Part shown: piece after piece, positions 60,148-64,000 of the stretch
Layout: the number at the start of each line of letters is the position of its first letter
Position numbering within the stretch: the stretch's first letter is position 1
From: an uncultured Candidatus Saccharibacteria bacterium
GTDB lineage: Bacteria; Patescibacteriota; Minisyncoccia; Phycocordibacterales; UBA9973
Assembly (NCBI GenBank): GCA_964412965.1
Contig: CAYPQU010000002.1
Span: 26,004 to 90,003 of the forward strand
DNA: 64,000 bases
Reading direction: 5' to 3'
Position numbers and translations under genes: made by a program
The notes under the pieces: model-generated
Databases searched by the model: none
Told to the model about the DNA's origin: nothing
The model's input: only the letters and a program-made list of their open reading frames with translations

Positions 60148-60339
60148 ATATAACAATATATCATCTTGATTTTTTATACGCAAACACCACCGAAAAAGAA
60201 CTTTTAATAACTCTCAAATTTCATAATTTGACATTTAAATAATTCATTTTATTATTCCCGAGGCAAGGCCTCGACTGTTATCCACAAGTGTAAATCTAAA
60301 GCACCCAGACTAGAGTCGGGGTGCTTTTTAAATTAAATG

Positions 60340-61563
60340 TTATTTTTTTAACAATATTTCTACAGCCTTGTCCATTTGGGGATCTTTTTTATTTTTTTCA
60401 TCCTCGGCTGTCATCTTAACTTCTATGTCTGGTGTAATTCCTTCCTTGCTAATAGAAACACCATCTGGTGTTAGCCAATTTGCTACGGTTATCTTGAGCG
60501 ATGTGTCATCAGTAAGTTTAACTAATTCTTGGACAGAACCTTTCCCGAATGTTTTTTCTCCAACAAGTGTTCCTATCTTATGACTTTTAATAGCCCCCGC
60601 TAAAATTTCTGAAGCAGAAGCAGAACCTCCGTCCACCAAAATTACCAATTTTAACCTTTCATCAAAAATTTTAGGTCCAGTGCTTTTGTATTCCTTTATT
60701 TTATCGCCGTGCATTGTATCCTCTTTTAAAATTACATCTCCTTCCTCAATAAAGAGTGACGCTATCCTGGTGGCTGCTTCTAAATAGCCACCAGGATTAC
60801 CCCGAAGATCTATAATTAATTTATCAGTCTTTGCTTCTATAAATTCAAGTAGTGCCTCTTTAAATAATTTTATCGAGTTTTGGGAGAAGCTGTAAAACTT
60901 TATTACAAAAACACCATCTTCCCTATTTTCTGTTTCAATTATAGGTATTTCTATTTCATCTCTTGTGACCTCTATCTCCCTGGTAGACTTTTCTCCTGGT
61001 CTTAATATAGTTAAATTAACAGATGTCCCCTTTGGTCCACGAATTAATTTTACCGCTTCGTCTGAAGAAATGTCGGCTGTACTTTTTTTATCAATTTCTA
61101 TAATTTTATCACCAGATTTTAATCCAGCTTTTTCTGCTGGTGTATTTTTAAGCGGTGCAACTATTGTAAGCAACTTGTCTTTAACTCCAAGTTCTGCTCC
61201 TATGCCCTCAAAGGAACCCCTAACCTCTTCTTCAAATTCTTTATTTTCTTCTGGTGGTAAAAATATTGTATAAGGATCATTAAACGAAGAAGCTAAACCT
61301 GAAATTGCACCCCAAACATAATCTTGGTCATTTTTGATATCTTTAGCATAAATAGATTTTTCTTTTAAAAGATTCCAAGCTTTCCAAAAGGGATCAAAGT
61401 CGGCAGTGCTTTCTTCTGGAGAATATTTATTATCAACACCATAAATTTTTTCTATATTGGGTTTGTTAGAATAACCATAAAAAGTACCCATCATAAAAAT
61501 GATGAATAGTGCGAGAATAAAAACGATTACATATATTACTAGTTTTATATTTGATTTTCTCAT
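60340..61563 (-). CDS. S41 C-terminal processing peptidase (CtpA-like) with PDZ domain
   Basis: GIGAE, DLRGNPGG, SASASE, TFGKGSVQ. Confidence 0.96.
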   Translation of the reverse strand: MRKSNIKLVIYVIVFILALFIIFMMGTFYGYSNKPNIEKIYGVDNKYSPEESTADFDPFWKAWNLLKEKSIYAKDIKNDQDYVWGAISGLASSFNDPYTIFLPPEENKEFEEEVRGSFEGIGAELGVKDKLLTIVAPLKNTPAEKAGLKSGDKIIEIDKKSTADISSDEAVKLIRGPKGTSVNLTILRPGEKSTREIEVTRDEIEIPIIETENREDGVFVIKFYSFSQNSIKLFKEALLEFIEAKTDKLIIDLRGNPGGYLEAATRIASLFIEEGDVILKEDTMHGDKIKEYKSTGPKIFDERLKLVILVDGGSASASEILAGAIKSHKIGTLVGEKTFGKGSVQELVKLTDDTSLKITVANWLTPDGVSISKEGITPDIEVKMTAEDEKNKKDPQMDKAVEILLKK

Positions 61564-61583
61564 CTTATTATAATTTTATTAAA

Positions 61584-62816
61584 TTAATTATTTTTTTCAA
61601 CAAGTAAAGCTTGTGGGGTGTATTTGTTACTCGGGTCCCAAAGCATCCATGAAGTTAGATTATTATCGTAGGTGGCCTGTATTTGCTCTCTAACCAATTC
61701 TTTGGTGTAAGTGGCCCCCATGTCAAAATCTTGTAGCCAGGGCCGAATTTTAGCGATATTGAAGCCCTGTGCCTGCGTTTTGGAGATAGCCCCCTTGATA
61801 GACCTATCGATAACCTCGTAAGGATGAGCTGCGGGGTTAGTAAAATTAGAATAACCAGACGGATAGTGAGACGGATAAACCATCGGAGCTAGGTAGTCAA
61901 AATAAGGAAGTGCTTTTTCCCAAACTTGACCTATACCCATATCATCAACAGCTTCTGTTGTCAGGCCAAAAAGGTCTGCAGATAAAGGTATGTTATTTTC
62001 TTTTTTAAGTTCTTTTGAAAAATATTTGAAAAATTCCTCGATATTATCTGCGCGAGTTTTTCCATTTTTTAAATTATAATTTATATCTTTCATGTTACCA
62101 TCAGAAGGATATCGAATATAATCTAAATTTATTTCATCAAAGCCTAATTCGTAAGATTTCAAGGCTATTTTAAGAGTATAATCATGAACTTCTTTTTTAG
62201 TAGGGTCTAAAAAAGATAAACCTTTTCTGTCTTTCCAAACTCCTCCATCACTAAGCCTTTTTACAGCCCATTCAGGTTTAATCTTTGTCATATAAGGATC
62301 TTGAAAAACAGATATTCTTCCTATAACATAAATATTTTTTGAATGAAGAATATCTATAATAGTCTTAATCCCTTTAATTCTATTTTCCACACTTCCATAT
62401 TTTTTTATTTCAGGATCATCAATATCAAAACTCACTCTTCCGGTGGAATCTTTAATATCTATAACTACTGCATTTAGCTCTGTCTCTTCAATCATTTTAA
62501 CTAAAGAATTTCTAAAATCTCTAGATCCCGCAACCCAAGCAGACATATAAATAGCCTTTAGGGGGTCAGGAGTTTTTATGTGCGTAACTACAATATTATC
62601 TTCTAGGTTGGGTGGTTTAGAATCAACCACTATCTTTTTTTCTTCTTCAATTAATTTTTCTTCTTCTTTGATTTCTAAACCAGATGATTCACTATAGTAT
62701 TCTATTTTATTACTAAGCGACGGAGAGTATGCTATTACTATATAGGCAATTAAAAAAACACACGCAATTATCAATAAGTATAATGGGGTAGATTTCTTTG
62801 TGTGTTTTTTGTCCAT
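61584..62816 (-). CDS. Putative glycoside hydrolase (DUF4015-like), membrane-anchored
   Basis: NAVVIDIKD, GFDEINLDYIRYP, PMVYPSHY, RPWLQDF. Confidence 0.85.
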   Translation of the reverse strand: MDKKHTKKSTPLYLLIIACVFLIAYIVIAYSPSLSNKIEYYSESSGLEIKEEEKLIEEEKKIVVDSKPPNLEDNIVVTHIKTPDPLKAIYMSAWVAGSRDFRNSLVKMIEETELNAVVIDIKDSTGRVSFDIDDPEIKKYGSVENRIKGIKTIIDILHSKNIYVIGRISVFQDPYMTKIKPEWAVKRLSDGGVWKDRKGLSFLDPTKKEVHDYTLKIALKSYELGFDEINLDYIRYPSDGNMKDINYNLKNGKTRADNIEEFFKYFSKELKKENNIPLSADLFGLTTEAVDDMGIGQVWEKALPYFDYLAPMVYPSHYPSGYSNFTNPAAHPYEVIDRSIKGAISKTQAQGFNIAKIRPWLQDFDMGATYTKELVREQIQATYDNNLTSWMLWDPSNKYTPQALLVEKNN

Positions 62817-62829
62817 TTTTTATTTTAAT

Positions 62830-63072
62830 TTAAATTTTAATTTCGGGGTTCCTTCTGGTCTCATTCTCTTCTATATTGTCTACAAAATTTTGATCCTGTT
62901 TCATTATCTTTGATAATCTAGCTTTTGTTTCTAAATAAAACAAATACGCAAGATAAATAATAGCGAGTCCGGACACAAAAAAGAGTACTTTTCGCCAGTT
63001 ATTTGGAAATCCTAAATAAGGCAAGATTATCACCCATAAACCAATTAAAAATAATGTTTTTTCTTTTCTCAT
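62830..63072 (-). CDS. Small two-TM protein
   Basis: 80 aa; LPYLGFP.NW between two TM helices. Confidence 0.75.
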   Translation of the reverse strand: MRKEKTLFLIGLWVIILPYLGFPNNWRKVLFFVSGLAIIYLAYLFYLETKARLSKIMKQDQNFVDNIEENETRRNPEIKI

Positions 63073-63187
63073 CCAGTTAGAAGCAGGTCGCGGTCGTTAT
63101 CATTTATAACTAACCCATCTCTGCAAATTAATATAATAATGTTTTGAAATTTATTTTTCTTGTCCCGTAATCGCGGCTCCTAACGGG
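63073..63187. mobile_element. 115 bp MITE-like hairpin element, copy 2, abutting the start codon at 63072
   Basis: ccagttagaagc/gctcctaacggg ends; CTCAT on both sides (63068-63072 and 63189-63193); homologous to 16842-16959. Confidence 0.8.
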
Positions 63188-63245
63188 ACTCATTTTTATA
63201 TTATACTCCGCAATGAGCTTTTTTCAAAATTAAATCAAACAAGAC

Positions 63246-64000
63246 TTAAAACCAATTATCATCACTTGTTATTTTTCTCCTCAAATTATAACTATTTGCA
63301 TGCTCGAAATGTCCAAAATAAGATCTTATAACAGGCAGAAACTTTATAGAGTATAAGCCATCTTCTTTGTTTTTATTTTTATACATTTTGTCTTTAAACC
63401 TCCGAACCACCTTTCTTCTTACTAGAGTATGAGTCGGTTTAATATAATAACCAAGAAAGTCTATTCCATGATTAACCTGCCTTAGAAATATCTTATCGGG
63501 GGCCAATTTTAAATTTAACTTCTGATTAAGAAATAGATCAATTTTTTTTATCGTTTCTTCTAATCTTTCTTTGTCTTCATCTAGGATAATAAAATCATCA
63601 ACATATCTAAGATAACGATAAAATTTTAATTCATTTTTTATATAATGATCCAATTTATCTAAATAAATATTTGCAAAAAATTGGCTAGTTAAATTCCCTA
63701 TTGGTAAACCTTTATTTCTATCTCCATAAAACAAAGATTTGTGCTTAGGGACAACGCCTCTTGTATTATTCGCCCCTTTGAAAACATAATTAGATGTTGG
63801 ATCATGAAAAATAATCATTTTTGTTAGCCACAGTATTTCGTCTTTCCACGATTTATCTTTGTCACTTCTCACAATAATCATTTTCATTTCTTCGTATAGA
63901 ATATTTTTGTCTATATTTCTGAAAAATCCCTTGATATCCATCTTTAAATAATACAATCTTCTACCATCCTTTCCTCCTCTTGATATATGATATCTTAATT
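63246..64000 (-). CDS. Reverse transcriptase of the DGR-like class, 5' end outside window
   Basis: LKMDIKGFF, GLPIGNLTSQFFANIYL, RYVDDF, GIDFLGY, SYFGHFEHANS; frame open to the window edge. Confidence 0.93.
   Translation of the reverse strand, partial: LRYHISRGGKDGRRLYYLKMDIKGFFRNIDKNILYEEMKMIIVRSDKDKSWKDEILWLTKMIIFHDPTSNYVFKGANNTRGVVPKHKSLFYGDRNKGLPIGNLTSQFFANIYLDKLDHYIKNELKFYRYLRYVDDFIILDEDKERLEETIKKIDLFLNQKLNLKLAPDKIFLRQVNHGIDFLGYYIKPTHTLVRRKVVRRFKDKMYKNKNKEDGLYSIKFLPVIRSYFGHFEHANSYNLRRKITSDDNWF

Noticed and set aside
60259-60273. CGAGGC-aag-GCCTCG as another REP family
   Set aside because: Only one copy seen and only 6 bp arms
60278-60286. Replication origin (perfect DnaA box TTATCCACA)
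   Set aside because: Single box, no cluster, no dnaA/dnaN nearby
1429-61273. Many short antisense or overlapping ORFs in the track (e.g. 4934-5428, 6620-7186, 36911-37324, 54744-54968)
   Set aside because: Shadows of well-supported genes on the other strand or frame; no recognisable motifs
63073-63187. DGR template/variable repeat pair with 16842-16959
   Set aside because: Mismatches are not adenine-specific on either strand, include indels and compensatory pairs, and both copies are intergenic
1-64000. Alternative genetic code (UGA=Gly as in Gracilibacteria)
   Set aside because: Conserved genes are full length under code 11 with no in-frame TGA breaks

Overview
AT-rich bacterial chromosome segment, genetic code 11. 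Gene content and compact proteins point to a Patescibacteria/CPR (probably Parcubacteria) genome; this is inferred, not shown. Most of it is housekeeping: infA-rpmJ-rpsMKD-rpoA-rplQM-rpsI, grpE/dnaK/dnaJ, five aminoacyl-tRNA synthetases, gatB, dnaB/recR, scpAB, mraY-ftsW-murG, a glycolysis/pentose-phosphate cluster, ppdK, a minimal pyk, rarA and several surface proteins. The unusual signal is non-coding. (1) A complete tRNA-Ile(GAU), wrapped in inverted repeats, sits inside the anticodon loop of a second, split copy of itself. (2) Two copies, 46 kb apart, of a ~116 bp covarying hairpin element sit exactly at start codons with an ATGNN duplication; one lies just downstream of a DGR-type reverse transcriptase that runs off the right edge. 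(3) tRNA-Leu(UAA) has both ends duplicated around fold-back inserts. (4) An 83 bp nested-hairpin tandem repeat. (5) A RAYT/IS200-like HUH transposase with three perfect REP-like palindromes. Many genes also appear to be transcribed as leaderless mRNAs. All calls were made by eye; no database searches were run.
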